This document shows, piece by piece, positions 36,288 through 44,819 of a stretch of DNA of 64,000 nt (positions within the stretch are counted from its first letter, which is position 1; every line of letters begins with the position of its first letter). Below the pieces are notes generated by a model. That model was not told the origin of the DNA. It did not search any database and was given only the letters and a program-made list of their open reading frames with translations. Both the position numbers and the translations under genes were made by a program. The DNA comes from a virus: the IMG/VR virus record IMGVR_UViG_3300045741_000352, positions 1 to 64,000 of that record, one strand, 5' to 3'.

Positions 36288-36899
36288 ATGTCACTCAAGT
36301 ATAGTGATCTTCTTGATATTATGGAGCAACGTGCAGAGCGCTTAGGGCTTATAGATGTTGATGAGGGTCGCGCTGACTCAGTTGAACTCATGTTGTATGT
36401 ATTTCAAGCATTACTTGAAATAGTTGAATCAGCAGATATTCCAGCGTATATGACATACGACGCACTCATTGCACAGACTACAACAGGCAAAGCTGACTAC
36501 AATCTACCAGATGAATTTGGCAGACTTATCCTTCCCCGTGTACACAATAAACGCGGTTTTTATTTATTCGACACTGTGAATAATGTTCAACTTGAATACA
36601 TGGAGCCGCCTTCTTTTTTTGCACGTACAGAAATGTCAAATAATGTACCAATTTTTTTTACTGTAGCAGAAGAAAAAATGTGGCTTTCACCACCGCCTAA
36701 TGGTGTATATACTATAAGGGCGACCTACATCAAGCAAATAACACGACCAGAACTTGATGACACAGTTACGCTGCAATATCCAACAGCACTTATTGAGACA
36801 GCGTTACAGCGTTTTGCAACTGATGTAGGTAAACAAGCACAGGGACTCACCACATCAAAACAAGAGTCCCTTGTGCGTCTCACACAGGGAAGCAGGTAA
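36288..36899 (+). CDS. adaptor-like protein, paralogue 2
   Basis: YNLPDEFGRLI ... MWLSPPPNGVYTIRATY. See 33738. Confidence 0.4.
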   Translation: MSLKYSDLLDIMEQRAERLGLIDVDEGRADSVELMLYVFQALLEIVESADIPAYMTYDALIAQTTTGKADYNLPDEFGRLILPRVHNKRGFYLFDTVNNVQLEYMEPPSFFARTEMSNNVPIFFTVAEEKMWLSPPPNGVYTIRATYIKQITRPELDDTVTLQYPTALIETALQRFATDVGKQAQGLTTSKQESLVRLTQGSR

Positions 36900-37114
36900 T
36901 GACACCTCTTAAATCATCGGCCATCGCCAGTTCGGATTACAATCCTGTGGACAAAACACTCAGTGTGACTTTTAATAGCGGCGACACATATGTATACAAT
37001 GGTGTCCCACAAGAAGTAGCCCAGGGATTGAATAGAGCTGAATCGGCTGGCAAATACTTTCAAACAGTTATCCGTGCAAATTATGTCGGCGCGAAACAGA
37101 AGGAAGAAAGCTGA
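36899..37114 (+). CDS. KTSC domain protein
   Basis: SSAIASSDYNPVDKTLSVTFNSGDTYVYNGVPQEVAQGLNRAESAGKYF matches the KTSC pattern. Confidence 0.6.
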   Translation: MTPLKSSAIASSDYNPVDKTLSVTFNSGDTYVYNGVPQEVAQGLNRAESAGKYFQTVIRANYVGAKQKEES

Positions 37115-37485
37115 TGTCAGGAGTTGCACGTGCAGAAGCGAAACTCACCGTAGACAGCAATCAAGGTATAGCCGGACCATTTTCTGTGTTGTGTGCTGAA
37201 TCAGTGACGAATTGGGTTGGACCTTTTACAATTCAAATCGCCACTGGTGCATCAGAACAATCTGTTATTGTTATAGGTACGCAGGGACTCACGACAATCA
37301 CAGATATTATGATCACATCAGATACAGCTATTTCAGTGACGTATGGCGCGGCGGCATCAAATGTCCCTGTACCACTTGGTGCAAACAAAGTGCATCTTGT
37401 AACAGGAACAAGTTTGACAGCGTTGTCAATTACGAATGCGTCAGGTGTTACAGCGACGGTAACGTATCTCGTTGCAGGTGCGTAA
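37114..37485 (+). CDS. hypothetical virion protein
   Basis: TGATG coupling. 123 aa with beta-rich composition. Confidence 0.45.
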   Translation: MSGVARAEAKLTVDSNQGIAGPFSVLCAESVTNWVGPFTIQIATGASEQSVIVIGTQGLTTITDIMITSDTAISVTYGAAASNVPVPLGANKVHLVTGTSLTALSITNASGVTATVTYLVAGA

Positions 37486-38142
37486 ATGACGACAGCGGAG
37501 CTTATTCAATACGTATCAATAAAGCTCGGAGAACAGACTGCGTTCTACACACAAGATGAGATCGTGAAGAACGGCCTGAATCCGGCCCAACGTTTACTGT
37601 GCCTGGCACACCCCCGTGTGCTCAATCAACGTGCGGTATTTACCATAGGCGCAGAGCGGCCATTCGTTGATCTTCGTCTTGTGCAAAACAGTAATGGTGA
37701 TATCGTCGGGAACCGTGTACGCAAAATTAACCGGGTTGTACTTGGTGACGTGAGTGATGATGTGGAACTTCCGAGTAGTACAACGGGGGAGCTACGAAGG
37801 TTGCGAAGCACCACACTCACGGCTCTCATTACAGAAAAAAACTGGCTCAAACAACGCGGAGAAGTGCGACGTTACTGGCAATGGGGTAAAGTGTGGCTCG
37901 GTGTGTATAAACGACCCGTTGTTGACACAACAGTAACACTCATTTATGAAAGTATGCCAACACCTTTGAGCATAGACAACCCTGACGTGTCCCCAGATGT
38001 GCAGGATGTCTATCACACAGTTATTGCTGAAACTGCTGTTGGATTACTTATCACAAAAGAAGGCGCACCAGACGGTGTTCGTGGTGTACAAAAAGTAATG
38101 CAAGCACTACAAATTCAACAAACAACAGGTGTTACAGCGTGA
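37486..38142 (+). CDS. adaptor-like protein, paralogue 3
   Basis: 218 aa. VWLGVYKRPVVDTTVTLIY. See 33738. Confidence 0.4.
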   Translation: MTTAELIQYVSIKLGEQTAFYTQDEIVKNGLNPAQRLLCLAHPRVLNQRAVFTIGAERPFVDLRLVQNSNGDIVGNRVRKINRVVLGDVSDDVELPSSTTGELRRLRSTTLTALITEKNWLKQRGEVRRYWQWGKVWLGVYKRPVVDTTVTLIYESMPTPLSIDNPDVSPDVQDVYHTVIAETAVGLLITKEGAPDGVRGVQKVMQALQIQQTTGVTA

Positions 38143-38768
38143 CACAGGTAAGAGATCAAATAGAACGCATACAGTGGTTGTTGCAAGATAATAGTACATC
38201 GCCAACAATAAAAGAAACTATTATCGCAGCACACCGAGACAGCGCACAGCGGCTTGCACGCCATAATATGTTTACACAAATTCAATGGATAAACGCTGTA
38301 GCAAATCAATCATTGTACACGCTGGATATGCCAGCGGTCGATGTGATATATGTTCTGTATGACGAACGTGTGTTGCGTTATGCGTCAGAAAACGCTCTGG
38401 ATCGCTTCGTAGGTACATGGGAAAGTCAGAAAAGCCAACCGGAATACTGGACACAGGACAATCAAAATCCTAATATCATTCGGATTGTACCTGCACCTCA
38501 AGCCACAGGAAGCGCGGTGCCGGTGTATCCATCTCCTCTCATACAAGACACACGCGGCAATTTAATCATATTTTACGTCGAAGATGTTGAATCACAAATT
38601 ACCGCAGAGGACAACACACTACCGACCTTACTTGATTGGGATGATGTGCTGGTGTGGGATACAACACGGATGCTCGCAGAACGTGAAACACATACACAAA
38701 ATCTACCAGTTGCACAACTATGTAAGCAATTAACAGATTTGTGGATGCAACTCATGGAGAAAAAATAA
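38139..38768 (+). CDS. adaptor-like protein, paralogue 4
   Basis: GTGA overlap. YTLDMPAVDVI ... IIRIVPAPQ. See 33738. Confidence 0.4.
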   Translation: MTQVRDQIERIQWLLQDNSTSPTIKETIIAAHRDSAQRLARHNMFTQIQWINAVANQSLYTLDMPAVDVIYVLYDERVLRYASENALDRFVGTWESQKSQPEYWTQDNQNPNIIRIVPAPQATGSAVPVYPSPLIQDTRGNLIIFYVEDVESQITAEDNTLPTLLDWDDVLVWDTTRMLAERETHTQNLPVAQLCKQLTDLWMQLMEKK

Positions 38769-38971
38769 TGGCACGTAAAAAAAGCTCAATGATGATGTAT
38801 GAGCCCACACCGCAAGATCAAATGGATTACGCCATGAACAGTGCAGTTGAGAAAGCGGTGTTGAATCACCCACACACAATTAAATTGCGTAAAACCATTG
38901 AAAAGGAAATGCAGAAAGCGGCAAAAGTTATGCCTCAACAGAACAAAGTTACAACTGCGAAGAAAAAGTAA
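38768..38971 (+). CDS. small hypothetical protein
   Basis: TAATG coupling. 67 aa and basic. Confidence 0.4.
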   Translation: MARKKSSMMMYEPTPQDQMDYAMNSAVEKAVLNHPHTIKLRKTIEKEMQKAAKVMPQQNKVTTAKKK

Positions 38972-39871
38972 ATGGCACAAACGCAGTCACTAGGTAATCC
39001 ACAAATTACAGGTCAAACTCTTGAAGATTTGCAGCGTTCAACACAATTTTGGATGCAGCAAGTTTTTAATCATCTTGATCGTATGACAGGTTTGCGTGGT
39101 ACACCAAAGTTATACAATAACCTTGATGCGAATGGCATGACGCTGCAAAACATTGGAAATGGTGTCAATCCGACAGATGCAGTCGCACGTCAACAAACAC
39201 TTGTGCTTACAATGGACCCGCAAAATGGTATACCACAATTTGATGCACAGGGGATCGGCATCTTCAATGCTGCGAATGCAGATCATTCTACTGATCTTGT
39301 TACACTTCAACAACTTATTCAAACTATCAACGATTCTATAACAAACGCTGGTATGGGCGCATCGTTTGTAACCGTCAATGCGGAGCCACTACTTACAAAC
39401 GAACGTCAAGCTGCGGTCGAAGCCACTGTGCTAACATTGACAGACGGTGGTGCAGGTAGCACTCTAACGTGGGCTGTGGCGGCTAACGGGATTACTAATG
39501 CTAAGTTACGTCAAGGTGCAGCTACGTCGATTATGGGTCGCTCTGCGAACTCTGTAGGCAACGTCGCTGATATCGCAGCATCTGCAGATGGTCAAATTTT
39601 AGTAAGACAGGCAGCGGCACTTACTTTTACTGCAACGCCGACGATTACAGGTCCGGTAATCATTGGTACTGATCCAGGTGGTGCCAACACACTGCGTATC
39701 GGAGGGGCGCTGACAATCAACAGTGCAACGATGATTAGCACGAAAACGAGCTTCACGAATGGTGCAGCCGCAGCCGCAGGAACATTGCTTAACGCACCAG
39801 CAGCGGGAAATCCTACGAAATGGATACCCGTAGACGATAACGGTACAACACGCTACATACCGGCATGGTGA
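38972..39871 (+). CDS. tail fibre protein
   Basis: LDANGMTLQNIGNGVNPTDAVARQQ is a typical fibre N-terminal motif. The C-terminus is Ala/Gly/Thr-rich. Confidence 0.6.
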   Translation: MAQTQSLGNPQITGQTLEDLQRSTQFWMQQVFNHLDRMTGLRGTPKLYNNLDANGMTLQNIGNGVNPTDAVARQQTLVLTMDPQNGIPQFDAQGIGIFNAANADHSTDLVTLQQLIQTINDSITNAGMGASFVTVNAEPLLTNERQAAVEATVLTLTDGGAGSTLTWAVAANGITNAKLRQGAATSIMGRSANSVGNVADIAASADGQILVRQAAALTFTATPTITGPVIIGTDPGGANTLRIGGALTINSATMISTKTSFTNGAAAAAGTLLNAPAAGNPTKWIPVDDNGTTRYIPAW

Positions 39872-39874
39872 GAT

Positions 39875-40030
39875 ATGATCACACTTATTGATGTCGTTCA
39901 ACTGTGTATTCAGCTCATTCAACGTGCGGAAAAGGCCGAAGAACAGATAAAAGAACTCAAAGCGCAAATTGCAAGTAACTATCACATTTGTGAAAATTGT
40001 CAACGTGTTTTATCGGAAACAATGCCATGA
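39875..40030 (+). CDS. small coiled-coil ORF (51 aa)
   Basis: ATG 4 nt after the fibre stop. Ends in an ATGA overlap with the next ORF. Confidence 0.35.
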   Translation: MITLIDVVQLCIQLIQRAEKAEEQIKELKAQIASNYHICENCQRVLSETMP

Positions 40031-40239
40031 GTTTTCAAACACAAGAATTTATAATACACAGATTTGAACTTAATTTTGATGAATACACATGGATATGTGT
40101 ACCACCTAAAATAACATCAAATTCACGAGACGTGTGTAGTGGTTGCGGTACAAAAATAACATATAGAGATGTAGAAAAATTTCAAACAAATCAATTAAAT
40201 GTAATAGCTTTTCTAAAAGCTGCGAAAACAGCATCATAG
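40027..40239 (+). CDS. small hypothetical protein
   Basis: ATGA coupling. Contains a CSGC motif. Confidence 0.35.
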   Translation: MSFQTQEFIIHRFELNFDEYTWICVPPKITSNSRDVCSGCGTKITYRDVEKFQTNQLNVIAFLKAAKTAS

Positions 40240-40249
40240 AAAGCATATT

Positions 40250-42949
40250 GTGCCTTTTCAATCATTTCATATACCAAGATGGACACGCGGTGCTACACTT
40301 ATCGGTGAGCCCGATGCAATTCCTGATGACGCTCTGCGTCATGCTGTCAATGTACGCCTTGACCGTACACTTGGAATTGTCGAGGCACGTCCGGGTTGGA
40401 CGTTAAAAACTGCTGTAGCATTGAGTGGATCAATTTCATATATTTCAAAATTATTTAGCACTTCTTTAACGTATGCATACGCCCAGGTAAGTACATCACT
40501 GTACAGGCTAACTTCATTATGGGTTGCCCCGACTTTGATTGCTACCATAGCTGCGGATACGTTATCTGACGCAAACAGCCCGGATGGGAACGGACACTTA
40601 CTCAAGTATTTTGTGAATAGTACCACGGCACTTAAAGACGATGGTACGACGACAACGACTATGGGCATAGCGCCGCCAACAGCAGCGCCTACATCAGCGG
40701 CACTTGCCACAGATTTGAAAACCACCATTGATGCCATGAATAATGCAGCAAGCTGGACTGGAAGTGGCCTCAGTGCTGGACCTGCTGATGATACAACGCA
40801 ATATCAAGAAAATGGCAACAGTGTTTCTTTTTCAATTGCTGCATCGACGTTTGGGAGTATCGCGCAGTTTCTTGGTGGTGTCGTTAATCTGGATACTCTC
40901 ACAGGTGGTGACAATCTTGTCAAAGATGATGATTATATTTTTTTATGGGTGAGAGCAGATAGACCTGAACGTGTAACTTTTATGCAAGTTGACGTTGACG
41001 TTGATTCAACATCAACGGGTGTTGCAGATTCTTTTCGTCATAACTATTACTCGGTACGTCTTGGCGGCACAATAACACTGTCGCAAGGTATTAATGAGTG
41101 GACAAAAGTACAGATTCGCAAATCATCATTTGCTCGGTACGGCACAGATACGTCACGTAGTTGGGCACACGCACGTGGATTTCGTATTGGCTTTCTCACC
41201 AATTCACAGGGGACGGTAGCTTTCAATGTTGATGATTTTAAGTTACGAGGTGGTGTGGGCATTGAAGGTGACATCGAGTATACAGTCACATACCGTAATT
41301 CTTCCACGGGCGCACGCGGTAATCCGCCCAAAGACAGTGACGGCATCGTACAGTACACCACGGCAATCACCACGGATCGCCAGCGGATCAACCTCACAAC
41401 AACCAATGTAATTCAGGGTGGTGCGAACCATCCAGGTGATGCACAGATTGACAAACTCATGATATGGCGTCGTGGAAGCGCATTTACCACCGCTGTGCTT
41501 GTTGATACTATTAGTGACACCGTAGCGAGTCCGTATCTTGATGACAATTCTGACGCCACACTTGTGCTCACAAATAAACTACTTGAGACAGACAATGATG
41601 TACCGCCAACTGGTACGACACGTATAGTGTTCGGACCAGATGCCACCGGGCATTTTTTTATGATCGTCAATGGGTATCGTCTTTATATTTCAAAGCCATA
41701 CGAAGATACGGAGAATCGTGTTGAGAACTGGCCTGCACTTGGTTTTGCACTCGTTGGTGACGGTTCATCACGTGCGGTAGCAGGCATAGCAACCGCAACT
41801 CAAATTCGTGTGTGGACGACAGAGCGCACATATAACGTGGTCGGCGTTGGGCAAGACACTTTTTTACCTGTCGCCATAGAAGGATCACGCGGAGCTGTTG
41901 GTAAAGATGCTGTAACAGCCGGAGACGGAGTTATTTTCTTTGTCGCACAGGATGGTATTTATATAGATGTGGGTGGTCGTCAATCAAAACTCACTGCGGC
42001 GATTGATCCATTTTTTCAGGGACTTACTGTTGAAGGGCAAGCTGGTTTAGGTGTACCACTGTCTACAACTAAACTCCGTTTCTTGCATCAACCAAAAGGT
42101 TCGTTGCTTGTAATGACATATTCAACTGGTTTCCTTGTGCTCAAGCCAAATTTACAAAATGCTCAACTAACAGAGTGCTTTTTTTCTTCAAGTACAAAAA
42201 CCACACTGGCATCATTGTACACAGATACACTGAATTTGAACCTATTAGCCGGTTGCGATGATGGTAATGTGTACCAAATTGAAGATGAAACAACATACAA
42301 TGATGCTGGTACGAGTTTAAGTATTCAAATGCGTACAAAATCGTATGATTTTGGTGATCCACAGCACTTAAAATATGTGGCATCAGCAGTCTTTGAAGGT
42401 CAGACAAATGGTCAAAATTTAACACTGAATGCCTATTACGATAGAGCCACTATTGCTCAAAGTGTGTCAACAACAGTAAATACAAGCTCTGAAATAGGCT
42501 TAGTGCCCCTCCCTGTGCAGACACCAGACACAAGGCGACGTGACGTAGCACTAGAAATCATAGGAACCGTAAGTCAACGTATAGCCATTACGCGATTGGG
42601 TTGTCTGTATGAGCCACAACCCGAACTTCAGACATACATGGATTCGGGTATTATTTCATTCGATTTTGTACAGCAATTAAAGCGTTTTGAAGCTGATATC
42701 AATTTACAATCACAGAGCACTTTGGTGGTATATGCAGATGGTGTAGTAGTATTCAATCAAATGCTTGTTGTAACATCTGGGCGTGTAAACATGCCCATCT
42801 ATCTACCAGCAGGGATGCGAGGAAGATACTGGCGTATCACATTAACTGCATCAAGTAGTGCGTTTTTATGCTATCATTGGAGTGGGTTCTTTAAGCAGCT
42901 CGGAACAGATCAGCAGTACATAGAACGTGTAATGGTGCAAGGGGTGTAG
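40250..42949 (+). CDS. large tail/nozzle-like virion protein
   Basis: 899 aa, immediately before the internal-virion-protein block. The comparison with T7 gp12 is by size and position only. Confidence 0.4.
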   Translation: MPFQSFHIPRWTRGATLIGEPDAIPDDALRHAVNVRLDRTLGIVEARPGWTLKTAVALSGSISYISKLFSTSLTYAYAQVSTSLYRLTSLWVAPTLIATIAADTLSDANSPDGNGHLLKYFVNSTTALKDDGTTTTTMGIAPPTAAPTSAALATDLKTTIDAMNNAASWTGSGLSAGPADDTTQYQENGNSVSFSIAASTFGSIAQFLGGVVNLDTLTGGDNLVKDDDYIFLWVRADRPERVTFMQVDVDVDSTSTGVADSFRHNYYSVRLGGTITLSQGINEWTKVQIRKSSFARYGTDTSRSWAHARGFRIGFLTNSQGTVAFNVDDFKLRGGVGIEGDIEYTVTYRNSSTGARGNPPKDSDGIVQYTTAITTDRQRINLTTTNVIQGGANHPGDAQIDKLMIWRRGSAFTTAVLVDTISDTVASPYLDDNSDATLVLTNKLLETDNDVPPTGTTRIVFGPDATGHFFMIVNGYRLYISKPYEDTENRVENWPALGFALVGDGSSRAVAGIATATQIRVWTTERTYNVVGVGQDTFLPVAIEGSRGAVGKDAVTAGDGVIFFVAQDGIYIDVGGRQSKLTAAIDPFFQGLTVEGQAGLGVPLSTTKLRFLHQPKGSLLVMTYSTGFLVLKPNLQNAQLTECFFSSSTKTTLASLYTDTLNLNLLAGCDDGNVYQIEDETTYNDAGTSLSIQMRTKSYDFGDPQHLKYVASAVFEGQTNGQNLTLNAYYDRATIAQSVSTTVNTSSEIGLVPLPVQTPDTRRRDVALEIIGTVSQRIAITRLGCLYEPQPELQTYMDSGIISFDFVQQLKRFEADINLQSQSTLVVYADGVVVFNQMLVVTSGRVNMPIYLPAGMRGRYWRITLTASSSAFLCYHWSGFFKQLGTDQQYIERVMVQGV

Positions 42950-42951
42950 CA

Positions 42952-43731
42952 ATGTTATTTGATCGCCTCATATACGGCTATAGATGTCAAGAAGGCGATG
43001 ACGACGGAAGTAGTGGTGGTGGGGCGAGCAACAACGGTGGTGGAAGTGCCAGTGGTGGTGTAAGTAGCAGCGGTGCAGGTACTTCTGATAATGGCGGAGA
43101 TGATAGTGGTGCTGCCAATGCTCTCACCAACATAAATAACACCACTGATCCAACAGACCCCGCTGCACTCATTTCCAATGAAGATGTGCTCAAGCGTGGT
43201 CGAGAGCTTGCTATTGCTGGTGTACCTTTACAGGTTGGTAATCTATTTGATGCTATCAATCGGTTACGAGCACAGGCGAAGGGCTCTACTGCTGAGATTT
43301 TTCCGCAGGTACTTGGTCAGCTTTCAACGATTCGTGGTACGCTCGCTGATGCGTCGTCAGCTATAAGTCGCCGTCTTGGCTACGCAGGTGGTGGACAAAC
43401 TGTACGCGGGAGACAGGTGGCACTTGGACAAGCAGCAAATCAATACGGCAATCTCATATCACAGGGGCAGCAGTCTGCTTTTTCAAATTTGATTAAAAAC
43501 TTAGGTGGTCTGCAGCCTGTATTATCTGGTGCAGCGCGACCACCAAACACAAGCGTATCGACTAAACCGGCTGACTTTACCAATGTAGGAAGAAGCCTGG
43601 CGGGTTTCGGGAGTGCATATAACGCTTTTGCTGCGAATTTGGATGCAAATAACGCAGCATCGACTATTGCAGGATTTAGAAACAATCCTGATATCTACAA
43701 TGCCGCATTTGGCCCACCGAGTGTAGGGTAA
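42952..43731 (+). CDS. internal virion protein candidate (Gly/Ser-rich N-terminus)
   Basis: 259 aa. GGGASNNGGGSASGGVSSSGAG low complexity is followed by a Gln/Ala-rich region. Confidence 0.4.
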   Translation: MLFDRLIYGYRCQEGDDDGSSGGGASNNGGGSASGGVSSSGAGTSDNGGDDSGAANALTNINNTTDPTDPAALISNEDVLKRGRELAIAGVPLQVGNLFDAINRLRAQAKGSTAEIFPQVLGQLSTIRGTLADASSAISRRLGYAGGGQTVRGRQVALGQAANQYGNLISQGQQSAFSNLIKNLGGLQPVLSGAARPPNTSVSTKPADFTNVGRSLAGFGSAYNAFAANLDANNAASTIAGFRNNPDIYNAAFGPPSVG

Positions 43732-43734
43732 TAC

Positions 43735-44268
43735 ATGAGTGACACACTTACATTAGCTACACAAAAAAAACAAGCACTTGTGGATGCGAAGATATTTGAA
43801 CAATCTCATGTGCAGCGTACAGAGCAAGAACGCATGAGAGTGCGTCAAGGTATTATTGAATTTGAGCAGGCGCTTACAAAAGTACCCGGTGCGGTCCTGG
43901 GTGACTCTATGCCGCTACGCCATTCATTTGCTGATGGCTGCTACGTGAGAGAAATTCTTGTACCTAAGAATACATTAGTTGTTGGAAAAATACACAAACA
44001 CAGCCATCCTCGTTTTCTATTACGCGGTGAAGCACTTGTTTTTACAGAACATACTGGATGGCGATATTTTAGAGCGCCTTCATATGTCATCAGTCAATCA
44101 GGTCGCAAAAGCATTTTTTTCGCTCTGGAAGACACAATCGTCGTCACTGTGCATGTTACCGATGAAACTGATCTTGAGAAAATCGAAGACTTTGTTATTG
44201 CAAAAACATATGACGATTATGAAACTTTCAAAAAAGAACAATTAGCTCTTATGGAGCCCGCGATATGA
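43735..44268 (+). CDS. hypothetical protein (cupin-like beta-barrel?)
   Basis: 177 aa. GKIHKHSHPRFLLRGEALVF hints at a cupin metal site. Confidence 0.35.
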   Translation: MSDTLTLATQKKQALVDAKIFEQSHVQRTEQERMRVRQGIIEFEQALTKVPGAVLGDSMPLRHSFADGCYVREILVPKNTLVVGKIHKHSHPRFLLRGEALVFTEHTGWRYFRAPSYVISQSGRKSIFFALEDTIVVTVHVTDETDLEKIEDFVIAKTYDDYETFKKEQLALMEPAI

Positions 44269-44816
44269 CATACGCAGCTATCGCCGTTGCTGCTGTTGGT
44301 GCTGTATCAACCATCGCAAGTGTCGCATCAGGGGGCAATAAACAAACATCATCCTCGTCATCGCAGCTTGAGTTTCCCGATGAGACACGTCGTCTTTTTC
44401 AAGATGTTGAAGAACCTATACTTTCTGGTAGTTTGAATGAACAAAGCTCTCTTTTACAACCGTTCCTGGGTGGTTTCAAACCCGGACAGGCAAAAGAGGC
44501 GGGTTTTGGTGGATTGAAAGACATCGTACAGGGTGCTACACGCAAAGGCGGACAAACCGCAGGCGTAAATGATTTAGGGCCAATTTTTGAAGACACAGCG
44601 GGACTGCCTCCAGCACTTATAAACGCACTACGATCACTTGTGCTTCAACGTGGGGCATCGCTCAATTCAGTAGTACCAGCAGGATACGGGCAATTTTTAT
44701 CACCTTCGACGTTTACGCAGTCAACACAGGCGGGTCCGTCAGCATTTGATTCCGGGTTTCAGATTGCAGGAAGTCTTGCAAACGTAGCTGGTGCCTACTA
44801 CGGCAAAGCGGGGTAG
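44265..44816 (+). CDS. internal virion protein candidate
   Basis: ATGA coupling. Hydrophobic N-terminus with Gly/Ala/Ser/Gln-rich composition. Confidence 0.4.
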   Translation: MTYAAIAVAAVGAVSTIASVASGGNKQTSSSSSQLEFPDETRRLFQDVEEPILSGSLNEQSSLLQPFLGGFKPGQAKEAGFGGLKDIVQGATRKGGQTAGVNDLGPIFEDTAGLPPALINALRSLVLQRGASLNSVVPAGYGQFLSPSTFTQSTQAGPSAFDSGFQIAGSLANVAGAYYGKAG

Positions 44817-44819
44817 TGT

